NCBI GenBank assembly: GCA_965603825.1
Contig: CBFDEM010000011.1
Span: 1-64,000 of the forward strand
Direction of reading: 5' to 3'
Source: Blepharisma stoltei ATCC 30299
Lineage: Eukaryota > Protista > Ciliophora
DNA length: 64,000 nucleotides
A program made the translations under genes and the position numbers. Of the stretch, positions 23,092 through 34,686 are shown piece after piece. The number at the start of each line of letters is the position of its first letter. Position 1 is the stretch's first letter. The notes under the pieces were generated by a model that saw nothing but the letters and a program-made list of their open reading frames with translations, searched no databases and was not told the DNA's origin.

Positions 23092-26000
23092 ATGTCGAGC
23101 CTACCCTATTTGGATCCAAATGCCCCTTTTACACTTAACTCGGTTCAGACCCTAGACACACTCATCAATTGCATGAAAAGCATCAATCCCCAAGAGCGAG
23201 ACTACGCCGTAAAAGTGCTGAACGACATCAAAGAAAAAGGCAACCTGTGAATCCATGTCGACACAATCATTGGAAATACCTCGAACACAGACACCAAATT
23301 TTTCGCACTTTCTTTGCTAGAGCACGTAATTGTCACTGCATGAAATGCAGTCCCAGAAGACCAGCGAAGTGGCATCAAGAACTTCATCGTAAAGCAGGTC
23401 ATAGATAACTCGAGCTCTGGCGCTTCTCACTTCCTGAACAAACTTAACCTCATTTTGGTACAAATTGTAAAGAGAGAGTGGACAACGACCTGGAGGGACT
23501 TCATCCCAGAGATCTGCAGCGCTTCGAAAAGCAGCCAGGCTTTGTGTGAAAACACAATGAATGTACTGAAGCTGCTTAGTGAGGAAATCTTTGAAAATAC
23601 AAGGACACCGCTGAGCACTGCGAAGAGGAACGAACTGAAGCAAGCCATGAACTTGGAGTTCTCGAAGATTTACGAGCTCTGCAACTGGGTTCTGAGGACT
23701 GCTGCGATGCACCCAGGAGCGGTACAGAATTCACTAATTAAAAGCTGCCTAAGCACTTTGGCTGCATTCTTGGATTGGGTGCCGCCTGTACACATTTTTT
23801 CTGGAGACTTGGTGACCTTCTTGCTTGAAAGCTACTTAGACAACCAGCTTTTCCGAACAGCCACGTTAGAATGTCTAACAGAAGTGGCCGGAGTCACCAT
23901 GGAAATCAACCCAAACGATCCTTCTTTTGCGCTCTACCAAACTGCAGTCATAAACTTGCTCTCACTGTCAATGAATAAGCTCGCCCAATCTTTTCCTCCA
24001 AAAACCACGAGCTTCGCTACGATTTTCATGGAAACAGATCCAAACATGCAACTTCACATGAAGCTCTTCGCACAGAAGCTTTCTCTCTTTCTACTAGCTT
24101 TTGCCCAAAACCACCTAACTTTATGTGAAAGCTCAGCTCTGCAATCTCAAGGGACAGAAACAGAAAGTGTGATCATTATCAGTCTTGATGCCCTGCTTTC
24201 TTATATGGTCTCGCTGACAGAGTTTCCTGACGATGAGGTCTTCAAGATCTGCTGTGAGTTCTGGCATACCGTTTCAAAGCACCTTTATGAACAAAGAGTA
24301 GCAGGCTGGCTTGAAAATAAAATATGAAGCATGGCATATCGAGCAAATTTAAGCAAAGCGAGGATGCTTTTGATTCCAAGGACAGCTAAACCAACAGAAG
24401 TCCTGATATCAGTAGACGAGCAAGGCAATGTCGTGAGGGAAAAGCTACAAGACACTGAAAATATCGCTCTTTATGACTTGATGAGAGAAACCTTGGTCTA
24501 CCTCACACATCTTGACCCTGAAGACACTGAACATATCATCATGCTGAAAATGGCGAAACAGATGGACGGCAGCGAATGGTCCTGGACAAGGATTTCTTCT
24601 CTTGCCTATGCCATTGGGTCTATATCTGGGTCAATGGATGAGGAGCACGAAAAAAGGTTCTTGATCCATGTCATCAAAGACTTGCTAGCACTTTGTGAAG
24701 GCAAGCGTGGAAAGGAAAACAAAGCAATTGTGGCAACCAATATTATGTATGTCGTTATGCAATACCCAAGATTTCTGTCGAATCATTGGAACTTCTTAAA
24801 GACTGTTGTCAAGAAGCTGTTTGAGTTTATGCATGAGCTCCATCCAGGAATCCAGGACATGAGTGTTGACACCTTTTTGCGAATTGCCCAGAACTGCGGC
24901 GCTGATTTTGTTGTTCCTCACGACATCCAAGACCAAAGAGAGCCATTCATTTATGAAGTGATTAGAATCATGTCAGCCACGATTTCAGAACTGCAAAACC
25001 ATCAGAAGCTTGTATACTACCAAGCTATTGGCCACATTCTTTCAAATATCAAGACTTATGAAGAAATGGACTATCACTTGACAGGAGCTCTTGCTTTGGT
25101 CCAAGCCCAATGGACTCAGCTGCTGTCTTTGATTTCTCAAAACTTGGCAGTCATTCAAGATCCCGAAGTCACTCGCTCACTTGCGTTTTGTATCAAAGTC
25201 AACGAGAGTCTTTGTCAATCCCTCGGCCACTTCTATTACATCCAGCTAGGGAAGATCTATAATGACATGATCCAGCTTTACACAACCACAGTCCAATTCT
25301 TGAACTCAGAGGTTGCAGCAAAAGGTCCAATAGTTGTCGGACACACACATATAGTAAGTGCAAGAGCTCTTTGTAAGAGGATCTTGAACTTAATTTCGAC
25401 GTACATAAAAATCTGTCAAACTCCTCAGCTGCTTGTTGAGCACTTTATTCAGCCAGTTTTCGAAATCGTGGTCAGAGACTTTGTAAATTCGCCTATTGAG
25501 CTGAGGGATGCTGAAGTAATTACACTGGTAGCTGATATTATAAATAAGCTAGGCAGGGAAGCTACTGGGTACATGCAGGTAGTGTTAGGTGTATTTTTAG
25601 ACTCAGTGCTAAATATGCTGGTGTCTGACTATACAAATTATCCAGAGCAGAGATCAAGCTTCTTTGAGTTATTGAAAGCTGTCGCTTCTCAATGCTTTGA
25701 ATCACTTTTGCAGCTACCAATAGAAAGGTTTAAAGTTGCAATTGATACCATTCTCTGGGCCTCCAAGCACCAAAGCACACAGCATGCCGAGCTTGGCTTG
25801 GTCACACTCAAGCAAATTTTACAAAGCCTAGAAAGCTCAGGTGTGGTCGCGAACTATTTCTATCAGCATTTCTATGTCTACGTTTTAACCGAAATTTTCG
25901 CAATAATGACTGATGGGCTTCATATAGCTAACTTCAAGCACCATTCTCAAATACTGAGATACCTATTCTACATTGTAGACTCAGGGCTTATCACTGCTCC

Positions 26001-26328
26001 TTTAACTGAAGGAATCGCAGCTGATGCTAATAAGGCATTTGTGATTTCTCATCTGACTCAAATTCTGGCAACAAACTTCACCAATATGAACAGGGTTCAG
26101 ATCGAGACGCTGATTTTGAGCATGTTCAACCGCTGCAATGACCAAGTGAGTTTCAAGAATGTGCTGAGAGACTTTTTGGTAACCACCAAAGAAATTGCTG
26201 TAGATAATGAGTCGTTTTATGCAGAAGAAAGGGAAAAAGAAATTGAAGAGGCGAGGAGGCTGATCCAAGAGAAAAAAGCTCTGGTGCCTGGGTTGCTGCC
26301 ACAATTCACAAATGAAAGAAGTTCTTAA
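23092..26328 (+). CDS. XPO1: Exportin-1 (CRM1), 1078 aa
   Basis: LVYLTHLD, AIGSISG, DLLALCEGKRGKENKA, QYPRFL..HW.FLKTVV.KLFEFMHE; ATG 23092, three in-frame TGA. Confidence 0.97.
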
Positions 26329-26443
26329 ATAACTTTTCAATAATAATTCTTACTACGCCTGACATATTAAAATATGAGAAATCAGATGCCTGGTTTCCGG
26401 AAAACCTTTCTATTGCACTAAATTTGTTGTATAAATATTACAA

Positions 26444-27271
26444 ATGGAAAGACTTTTCCTTATTTTTATCCTCCCTTTCACAACTCAGGCCATTCATCAA
26501 TACATAGTCGGAGGCAAAGTCGAGGATACTGTGCGGAACGAGTGCGAAATTTTTCAGTATAAGGCCAACTACAAGCCTCTTTCAATTGAATTCGAGTCTG
26601 GTTCTCCTCTTTACTATTATATCATTTCCACAATCCCAAGTGAGACTTGTCCAAAAGACTGCGACCCAAGTGATTTATACTGCAATAAATCCAGAGCCAA
26701 GAAATTTAAAGAAATAGTTTCAGTCTGCACAGAATCTGTTTACCTTTACTTTGTTCCAAATATGGACAAAAATGTAGTAAGGCCTGTGAACTACACGATA
26801 AAGACTGACTATTTGCAAAATTCCCCATGTGAAGGGTTTGACAGAACTCCTGCGAATTTCTGCAAGATGCTGCCAGCAGACGAATGCTTGAATAATTGCG
26901 ATAAAGGATGTGGCCTGCTGCATTGCTACTATAAGAAAAATATGAAATGGGAAGAAGCTTTTAATATGTGCTTGCCTGACACAGTTAACTCAGCAGAAAA
27001 AAAGATGAGGTGTGAGGCTTATGATAAAGCAATTCACCATACGTGGGAAGGATGCGGGACTGAGGAATCTGGAAGTGCTTGGCTATTTTGGCTCATTTTC
27101 TTCGTGATTTTAGGAAGTATTGCCCTTTTTTTAGGAGTCACAGTGTTTTATTACAGATATATGCTGAAGAAAACTGGTAGGGCACCATTCACAGTTCCAA
27201 CTTTTTGTCCTCAGCTCTTTTTCCCCAGGCCAAAGTTCGATGAAGGGCAAGCTTTAAGAATAATTCAATAA
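26444..27271 (+). CDS. Cysteine-rich type I membrane protein, unknown function
   Basis: Signal peptide, many Cys, C-terminal TM helix and short tail. Confidence 0.8.
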   Translation: MERLFLIFILPFTTQAIHQYIVGGKVEDTVRNECEIFQYKANYKPLSIEFESGSPLYYYIISTIPSETCPKDCDPSDLYCNKSRAKKFKEIVSVCTESVYLYFVPNMDKNVVRPVNYTIKTDYLQNSPCEGFDRTPANFCKMLPADECLNNCDKGCGLLHCYYKKNMKWEEAFNMCLPDTVNSAEKKMRCEAYDKAIHHTWEGCGTEESGSAWLFWLIFFVILGSIALFLGVTVFYYRYMLKKTGRAPFTVPTFCPQLFFPRPKFDEGQALRIIQ

Positions 27272-27310
27272 TCATTTATATAGCGGTTGAAGAAATTAAT
27301 AAGAATATAA

Positions 27311-28768
27311 ATGTTGGCTTTTATATTTGGAATACTCGCAATTGGCAGTTCAGCGATAAAAGTCTCTGAGGAACCTGAATCTGCAGTTCCTAATGGCTAC
27401 AAACTCTTTACTTTTCCAGCCTTCATCGATAATTGGAGCTACAATGGAGCTTTTTTCAATTTAAGATACTATATCAACACTAACTATTGGAATGCCACCC
27501 TTCCTGGGCCCATTTTCTTCTACTGCGGAGGAAACGGAGCAATTGAAGCTTACATGAGCAACACAGGCTACATTGACTCTCTAGCACAGCAGATGCAGGC
27601 AATAGTGGTTTATGCAGAACATAGGTATTTTGGCTCATCTCTGCCATTTGGCAATATAAGTTTCACACCTGCAGGACATGCCAAGTACTTGTCGCCTCAC
27701 CAAGCCATTGCTGACTTTGCTTATCTGATCACATCTCTTGAAGCTGCTTATGATCAAGCACCAGTCATCGTGTGGGGAGGTGGTTATGGAGGAATGTTGG
27801 CTGCCTGGATGAGACTGACATATTCGAATCTGGTCAGAGGAGCAATTGCTTCGTCAGCGCCTGTGCTTGCTTTTAATGGAACTGTTGATCCTAATGCTTT
27901 CAACGCATTCGTGACAAGTGTATATGCAAGTCAAGTCCCAGAGTGCCCAGCAATTATAGCTGTAGCATTTGATAATCTTAGGTCTCTGTATGGAAATGAA
28001 ACCGCATATGAGCGGCTTACTGAGATATTCCAGCCTTGCAGTCCAATTCAATCTATTCAAGACGTCGTAAATCTTTCAATTTGGCTGCAAAACGCTTTTG
28101 TAGCTCTCTCCATTTTTAACTACCCTTACCCAACTTCTGTTATATACCCAATACCATCAAATCCAGTCGCCCAAGCTTGTGAGATGGTAAAGTATGCAAA
28201 TGCTGACGATTTCTGGGAAACTATAGAGGTTGCAGCAAGTGTTGGGGTGCTTTATTATAATATGACTGGTTTGAATGTATGTGCAAATTTAAACAATTTA
28301 TATGCTAATAGTAATTTCGGGATTGAGAGCGGATGGAGTTATATTACTTGCAGCACGCTAAATATGCCGATGGGAAGCAGTAAGGCAACTTCGATGTTTG
28401 GAGATTTACCTTGGGATCAGGTAGATATAAATAATGCGTGCCTGACTGCTTGGAATACGACGCCAGAAATTAATTATGCAAGCCAATGGTATGGAGCTAG
28501 CAACAATCCAGGCCAGACTTGGCAGTATGCAAGTAATATTGTGTTTAGTAATGGAGGATTGGATCCATGGCAGGTAGGGTCAGTCACAAAAACGTTTGGA
28601 GATGCTACAGTTGCTGCTTTTGTGGTTGACGGCGCAGCATCCATGATGGATCTGATGTCTCCAAACCCAAATGATCCTCCCCAACTTTCGGCAGCAAGAG
28701 CAACTGAAAAAATTGCAATCCAGTACTGGCTTTATGGGCTTGGAAAAATCAATAGTAGTTTAAATTAA
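27311..28768 (+). CDS. Peptidase S28 (PRCP/DPP7)-like protein, predicted inactive
   Basis: PIFFY.G, AEHRYFG.S.PFG, QA.ADFA, ASSAP, NG.LDPW; GGGYGG in place of GGSYGG. Confidence 0.92.
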   Translation: MLAFIFGILAIGSSAIKVSEEPESAVPNGYKLFTFPAFIDNWSYNGAFFNLRYYINTNYWNATLPGPIFFYCGGNGAIEAYMSNTGYIDSLAQQMQAIVVYAEHRYFGSSLPFGNISFTPAGHAKYLSPHQAIADFAYLITSLEAAYDQAPVIVWGGGYGGMLAAWMRLTYSNLVRGAIASSAPVLAFNGTVDPNAFNAFVTSVYASQVPECPAIIAVAFDNLRSLYGNETAYERLTEIFQPCSPIQSIQDVVNLSIWLQNAFVALSIFNYPYPTSVIYPIPSNPVAQACEMVKYANADDFWETIEVAASVGVLYYNMTGLNVCANLNNLYANSNFGIESGWSYITCSTLNMPMGSSKATSMFGDLPWDQVDINNACLTAWNTTPEINYASQWYGASNNPGQTWQYASNIVFSNGGLDPWQVGSVTKTFGDATVAAFVVDGAASMMDLMSPNPNDPPQLSAARATEKIAIQYWLYGLGKINSSLN

Positions 28769-29037
28769 TTGAGGAAAGGTATTGGTGATAAATTTATGAA
28801 ATAAAATTAAAACGATCGAAGCCCGGTATAATTAATAATGTTTTATTCAAAGTTGGTTTCACTCCTCTTGGCTTGTGATCAAGATGCTTTCCTTGCTAAA
28901 TAAGTAGGAGTTCAAGGAAATTTTTAAGAGATATTTTATTATCAAAATAATTTAAATGCTAATCGATATGCTATTAAAATATTAATTCTCAATTTTTCTT
29001 ATATAGCCTAACCACTTAAAAACCCTTTAATAAAAAA

Positions 29038-29970
29038 ATGCAGCCATATAGAAAAAAACCATCCAATATCAATTTTTCTGATGATTTCAATCTCGATAAA
29101 AAAGCTTTGACCCCGAATCCAAGAATCAATCAATTTGACGAGTTTCCTTCAGCTCTTAACTTAAAACCCAATTTAGGATCAGAGTCTTCCAGTAAATTTT
29201 TGGATGTCCCTAACGACTTAGCAGCTCTAAGACGGCAAAGTTTGGATCCCAGCTCTTTCCTATCTTCTCCACTTCTAGAAGGAAAAGCAAAAGATGACGG
29301 AAATACGCTTAAGCTCCCTTCAAATCTAAATATGTCACGCCGTGGCAGCATAGACCCCAGAGCGTTACTAAATCTTGGAGCCTGGAATCGACCAACTGAG
29401 AAAAAATCAGACATCGAGATGATTCTAGAATCTCGCAGTTCCAAGAGAGAAATTAATGCTGAAAAAGCCAAAGATCCAACCCCTGACCAGAGTCCTCAGA
29501 ATCAGAATCCTCCAATTGATTCTCCAGAGCCTGACTATCCCTATAAAAAATCTCTCTCCGCTTTCGGTTGGGGTGGAGTTGGCAAGAGCATAATGAATCA
29601 AACAGCTGATACCAGATTAGGCTACATTTTTGATCAAATGGCTTTCAGTGCCAAAGTAAAAAAATTTCAGCAGCAACAAGAGCTGAAAACAGTCAACGAA
29701 ATTGATGGTCTGGGTCTTAAGAAAAACACTTTTGAGTTAAAGATTCCAGCTGATAACCCTAAAAGGGGATTTGGCAAGCAAGATGAGCATCAAGAAACTT
29801 TCAAGAGGTCAAACTCCTATAAAAACGGCAAGCCCTTCAGGAAGATCCACGTTGACAGTAACGACGTGCTTAGATTTGACAAAGACGAATACAAGAAATA
29901 CACTCAGGGCGAACTATCGGACACTTCCCATTTCGCAAAGAGAATTATGATAATGATTAAGAAGAACTAA
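29038..29970 (+). CDS. Hypothetical disordered protein, 310 aa
   Basis: Long open frame; RRxS.DP repeats. Confidence 0.75.
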   Translation: MQPYRKKPSNINFSDDFNLDKKALTPNPRINQFDEFPSALNLKPNLGSESSSKFLDVPNDLAALRRQSLDPSSFLSSPLLEGKAKDDGNTLKLPSNLNMSRRGSIDPRALLNLGAWNRPTEKKSDIEMILESRSSKREINAEKAKDPTPDQSPQNQNPPIDSPEPDYPYKKSLSAFGWGGVGKSIMNQTADTRLGYIFDQMAFSAKVKKFQQQQELKTVNEIDGLGLKKNTFELKIPADNPKRGFGKQDEHQETFKRSNSYKNGKPFRKIHVDSNDVLRFDKDEYKKYTQGELSDTSHFAKRIMIMIKKN

Positions 29971-30078
29971 ATAACCGCTGTACATATGTTTATAATATTA
30001 GCAGCATAGAAAATAAGCATTCCTTGTGATACTAATAAATTAATTGAATATTTCACCTGGTGAAATATCTCCAGATAA

Positions 30079-31512
30079 ATGTGGAGCTTTATTCTCAACT
30101 TCTTAGTAGCAAGCTCTTTGGGGCTAGAGGTTTCTCCAGAGGAGGCTTCAGCTGTAGGTGCAGTTCCTCCTGGGTATGCGCAATTTACCTTTGCAGCTTA
30201 CATTGACAACTGGGATTACAGTTATTATCAATATCCTCTTAGATACTATATCAATACATATTATTGGAATGCCAACCAACCTGGCCCAATTTTCTTCTTT
30301 TGCGGAGGAAGCGCCCCAATAGAGACTTTCATCAGCACAACTGGCTACATTGACTACTTAGCTCAGCAGATGCAAGCAATTGTTGTATACGCAGAGCACA
30401 GATATTTCGGTGGATCCTTGCCATTTGGCAACAAGACATACGCTCCATATAACATGAAGTACTTATCTCCACACCAAGCTTTGGCAGACTGGGCCTATTT
30501 GATTACGAATCTTAAAGCCATCTATCAAAATGTTCCAGTTATTGCGTGGGGAGGTGGGTATGGAGGAATGCTTTCAGCTTGGATGAGAATGACTTATTCG
30601 AACCTTATTGATGGCGCTATAGCTTCGTCAGCCCCTGTCTTATATTTCAATGGGACTGTAGATCCAAATGCTTTCAATGCTTTTGTTACTAGCCAATATG
30701 CCTCAGTCGCACCTGAATGTCCAGCTTACATTGCATCAGCTTTTGATTATCTTGAATCATTTTACTTGAATACCACTGAATACACTCGTCTCCAAGACAC
30801 TTTTGAGACATGCAACCCAGTTGCAGAGCCAGAAGATGTCGGACTTATTGTGAATTGGCTTCAAAACTCATTCACAGATATGACTTTATATAATTACCCT
30901 TATCCTTCAAACACTATTTTCCCACTCCCAGCAAACCCTCTAACTGTAGCTTGCAGCTATTTCAATGGAGTTGACATTACTAATGTTTGGGAAGTCTTGA
31001 CTGCAGTCAGAAACGCTGCGAATGTCTACTATAACTATACAGGCCTGAATTCTTGCAGCAACACTTATAATCCACTGAGCAACGGGAACTTTGGGAACCA
31101 GCAAGGATGGAGCTATCTGCTCTGCAGCTCATTGAATTTCCCATTCGGAAGCATCAAAACGACCTCTATGTTTGGAGATGAGCCATTTGACCAAGTGGCT
31201 ATCAATAACGACTGCTTTACCCTTTGGGGAAGAACTCCACAAATTAATTACGCAAGCCAATGGTATGGAGCCAGCAATAACCCAGCACAGACTTGGCAGT
31301 ACGCAAGCAATATAGTGTTCAGCAATGGAGGTTTGGACCCTTGGCAGGTCGGGTGTATCACAAAGTCATTTGGCACTTCAGTTGTTGCTTTCGTTGCCAA
31401 AGGTGCTGCTTTTATGATGGACTTAAGACTGCCTAACGCTGCTGACCCATCTGACTTAGCAGCTGCAAGAGCGACTGAAAAGACAGCTATCCAATATTGG
31501 TTGAACGGTTAA
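30079..31512 (+). CDS. Peptidase S28 (PRCP/DPP7)-like protein, paralogue, predicted inactive
   Basis: Colinear with the 27311 gene; same GGGYGG substitution. Confidence 0.92.
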   Translation: MWSFILNFLVASSLGLEVSPEEASAVGAVPPGYAQFTFAAYIDNWDYSYYQYPLRYYINTYYWNANQPGPIFFFCGGSAPIETFISTTGYIDYLAQQMQAIVVYAEHRYFGGSLPFGNKTYAPYNMKYLSPHQALADWAYLITNLKAIYQNVPVIAWGGGYGGMLSAWMRMTYSNLIDGAIASSAPVLYFNGTVDPNAFNAFVTSQYASVAPECPAYIASAFDYLESFYLNTTEYTRLQDTFETCNPVAEPEDVGLIVNWLQNSFTDMTLYNYPYPSNTIFPLPANPLTVACSYFNGVDITNVWEVLTAVRNAANVYYNYTGLNSCSNTYNPLSNGNFGNQQGWSYLLCSSLNFPFGSIKTTSMFGDEPFDQVAINNDCFTLWGRTPQINYASQWYGASNNPAQTWQYASNIVFSNGGLDPWQVGCITKSFGTSVVAFVAKGAAFMMDLRLPNAADPSDLAAARATEKTAIQYWLNG

Positions 31513-31541
31513 CTTAACATCATTTATTAAAACTTGTTATA

Positions 31542-33815
31542 TTAATCTAGTTCCATGTCTTCTGAAGTCTTGACTTCTTCATCTGCTTTGACTTCTTTTT
31601 CATCAGCTGGCTTTGGCTCATCTTTCTTTGGAGGTGCTGGCTTGGGCTTATTCATAATTTGTGCAGTGATTTCTCGGATCTGAATAGTTCTTTTCACAAA
31701 CTCTTCAGTAGAAATTTCAGGGTCTTGATATTTCAAATAGCCTGCAATCTGTGTGAGTGCTGCTTGCAGCCAGTTGGTGATTTCTGCATGTTTCACAAGG
31801 ATCCGTTCTCTTTCCTCCTGAGGGATATGTGAATGGAACTCAGAAGTTGACTGCGCTTGTTCTTTGCTCCACTGCAAGGCTTCTTGGAGGTCAGCTGTTA
31901 GCTGAGGATACGAGCTATACATATTATATCTTCTTATAATAGGCTCTATGCGTTCTTTCAGTTTTTCAAGTCTATCAAGATACAAGTTTTTTGTAGCACT
32001 TGACCCTTCATTGTACACCCAGCTTTCAGTTTCTTCTAAAAATGATAAGATCGGCTGCAACTGGTCTGGGGTCACATAGTCCCTGAGTGAAGAGCTCAAT
32101 TTTGACCTTGCTTCATATACATAAGCCTCCACTTCATTTCTTTTCTCAGAAGTCTCTTGAGCAATCCTATCTTCACCTGCCATCCTTTGCTCCTCACTTA
32201 TATAAGTTTTCAGCTCTTCCGCTTGAAGTCCTTTTAAAAATCTTGTGACTTGGAGCTCAGTCCTTTTGTACTTCTTTTTCTTTGCCTCTTCTTTATTTTC
32301 TTCTGAATTTTCTGCTTTCTTTTCTTCTTCAACGATTTCTTCAATTAATTCTGCCTTTTCCAGATTGATGACCCCATGCCCATTCATTTTGATATAGACT
32401 TTTATATCTTTTTCGCTGCCGCTGGGGCAAAGGATGCCAAATTCAGCTACGTCGCAACCAAGGCCTTCAAGCGGAGGCTGGGAATAAAAGAGGCTCATTT
32501 TGAACGGTTGGTTCTTTTGCAGTTTTAATATTTTAGTTGTAGGGAACACGTTTTTCTCTGGGAAAAGCAGTTGTGGCTCTACTTCGACTTCCATATCAAT
32601 AGAGGTAGTTTTTATACTGATTGGGACTGTGACAATGTCTTGGATCGAGAATTCTTTGACTTTAAAGAGAGGAGAAAGCATCGCAGATTGGACAGCGCAG
32701 CCTCTTGCAATGGCTTCTTCTGGGTTTAAGGTCTTGCTCACTGACTCAACATTGAAGGCTTTAGCAATCGCTCTTTGCACACATGGCATTCTGGTTCCTC
32801 CTCCTAATATTTCCACTGAATGCACATTTGCCACTCCAGCTTTTTCCAAAGCTTGCCTACAGAGATTTTCAATTCTTTGCAAGTATTCTTCAACCAAACT
32901 TTCGAACTCTTCTCTCTTCATGATTCCATTAAGGTCCAAATCCTCAGCAATGTATTCCAAGTTCAGCACAGCTTCAGGCCCTGCTGATAGCATTTTCCTG
33001 AGCTTTTCTACTGCAACAGCTATTTTACACTTTGCCTTCTGATTATTTAAAAGATTGATACCGTGCTTTTTTTCGAACCCATTGGCAAAGAATTCCATGA
33101 TTTTCCAGTCAAAATCTCTCCCACCAAGATTTTTATCAGATATATGTGCAAGGACCTGAAGCTTGTCCTTGGTAAATTGTACAATTGAGACTGTAAACTT
33201 TGAATGCCCCATATCTGTTAGTGCTACAGTTCTTGGTTCTTCTGTGAACTCTGAGCTACGAAATAGCCCGTAGCTGAGTGCTGAAGCGGTGTTGTCATTC
33301 ATAATTTTTGCACAAGTCAAGCCAGATATAGAAACAGCATCGAGTAAAGCCCGCCTTTCAGTTTCTGTAAAGTAGCAAGGGACTGAAATGACTACATCAT
33401 TAGCATTAAGCCCCGCCCTTTGGCACAGAGATTTCATTCCTGAGAGGAGCATAGCGACCACTCTTTCACTTGTAAAAGTCATGTTTTCACCTAAATATCT
33501 CACTTCGTGGGCGATTTTTCCTTCTTCCAAAGTGACTAGTTTATTTGTAAGCCATTTGGATTCATTATGAAGATTTTGACAGGACGAGTTTAACCCTAAA
33601 AAACGGGTAGGAAAGAGGACTGTGTTGCGAAAGTTTGTCATAAGCTTGCTGAGTCCTGACTCCCCAATGAACCTTTGATTATCGCCAAAGCCTACAACTG
33701 CAGGAGTGGAACGATTTGATAAATCGTTTGTGAGGATTTCTACACCGCCACCTTTGACGATGGAGATGACAACGTTGTGACTGCCAAGATCGATTCCAAT
33801 TGCTGCTGCTGACAT
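31542..33815 (-). CDS. Hsp110/Sse1 (HSPA4-like) chaperone
   Basis: IGIDLG, NRSTPAVV.F, ALSYG, LGGRDFD, TLN.EEAIARGC, EKRNEVEAYVY; ends DMELD. Confidence 0.95.
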   Translation of the reverse strand: MSAAAIGIDLGSHNVVISIVKGGGVEILTNDLSNRSTPAVVGFGDNQRFIGESGLSKLMTNFRNTVLFPTRFLGLNSSCQNLHNESKWLTNKLVTLEEGKIAHEVRYLGENMTFTSERVVAMLLSGMKSLCQRAGLNANDVVISVPCYFTETERRALLDAVSISGLTCAKIMNDNTASALSYGLFRSSEFTEEPRTVALTDMGHSKFTVSIVQFTKDKLQVLAHISDKNLGGRDFDWKIMEFFANGFEKKHGINLLNNQKAKCKIAVAVEKLRKMLSAGPEAVLNLEYIAEDLDLNGIMKREEFESLVEEYLQRIENLCRQALEKAGVANVHSVEILGGGTRMPCVQRAIAKAFNVESVSKTLNPEEAIARGCAVQSAMLSPLFKVKEFSIQDIVTVPISIKTTSIDMEVEVEPQLLFPEKNVFPTTKILKLQKNQPFKMSLFYSQPPLEGLGCDVAEFGILCPSGSEKDIKVYIKMNGHGVINLEKAELIEEIVEEEKKAENSEENKEEAKKKKYKRTELQVTRFLKGLQAEELKTYISEEQRMAGEDRIAQETSEKRNEVEAYVYEARSKLSSSLRDYVTPDQLQPILSFLEETESWVYNEGSSATKNLYLDRLEKLKERIEPIIRRYNMYSSYPQLTADLQEALQWSKEQAQSTSEFHSHIPQEERERILVKHAEITNWLQAALTQIAGYLKYQDPEISTEEFVKRTIQIREITAQIMNKPKPAPPKKDEPKPADEKEVKADEEVKTSEDMELD

Positions 33816-34686
33816 TTAATTATATAAGGATTCCTCACTGTCCTATTTGGGAGATATGGAAATTTCTAGATTTTTAAAGGAATGTCTGACATTGCTTAAC
33901 GTAAGTCTTTTAGGAAAAGAATAAGTTAAGAAATATATAGAGAGCAATTTGGAAGATTTAGAGAATTTCAAGGAATATTAGAAAGAATCTCAATTGAGAA
34001 ATTAGGAAGGTATTTCAGGTTGTTAAGGAAGACATAAATCTTTATCATAATAATATTCAGATTTCTTGATTCTTGAGAGGTAAATTCTGTAGCCTCAATT
34101 ACACAGATTTGATATAAGGCTAACCATTAAATAATTTTTATTATCCTAGGTAGTGAAAAATTGGCATTGCATAAATCTTGGTTCTTCTATTAATAATATT
34201 CATATTATGGCTTATGTCGCGATGCAAGCTCTCCTGCACAGCTAAAAAATCCGAGTTTCTAAACTAAGCTACTTTCATACTTCGCAAGATAAGAGAAAGC
34301 TAGTATAAGACTATCTGACCTATGCTAGACTATTACTAATAGCAAGAGAGAAAAACATGATGGCCTAAGCTAAATTTTCATAAGTCAGAAATATTAATTA
34401 GGCTATAAATATCAAAATAAGGAATAGAAAGCACTTTTTTGCTACCGAATCTCGAGAATATTTATTATTATCCAATACTTACATATTAGTTTTATATAAA
34501 TAAAAAAAAACTAATGACGCAATGCGAAACTAAAAGATTTAAATCCAATTATCCCAGTCTTTTTATTTATTTTTTGTCATTTTATTTATTTTAGATCATT
34601 CAGTTATACGATCTATTTACATTATCTTTAAGCTATGAAATAAAGAGAGAATAATAAGATCCTTAGTCAATATCAATTATTTATAA

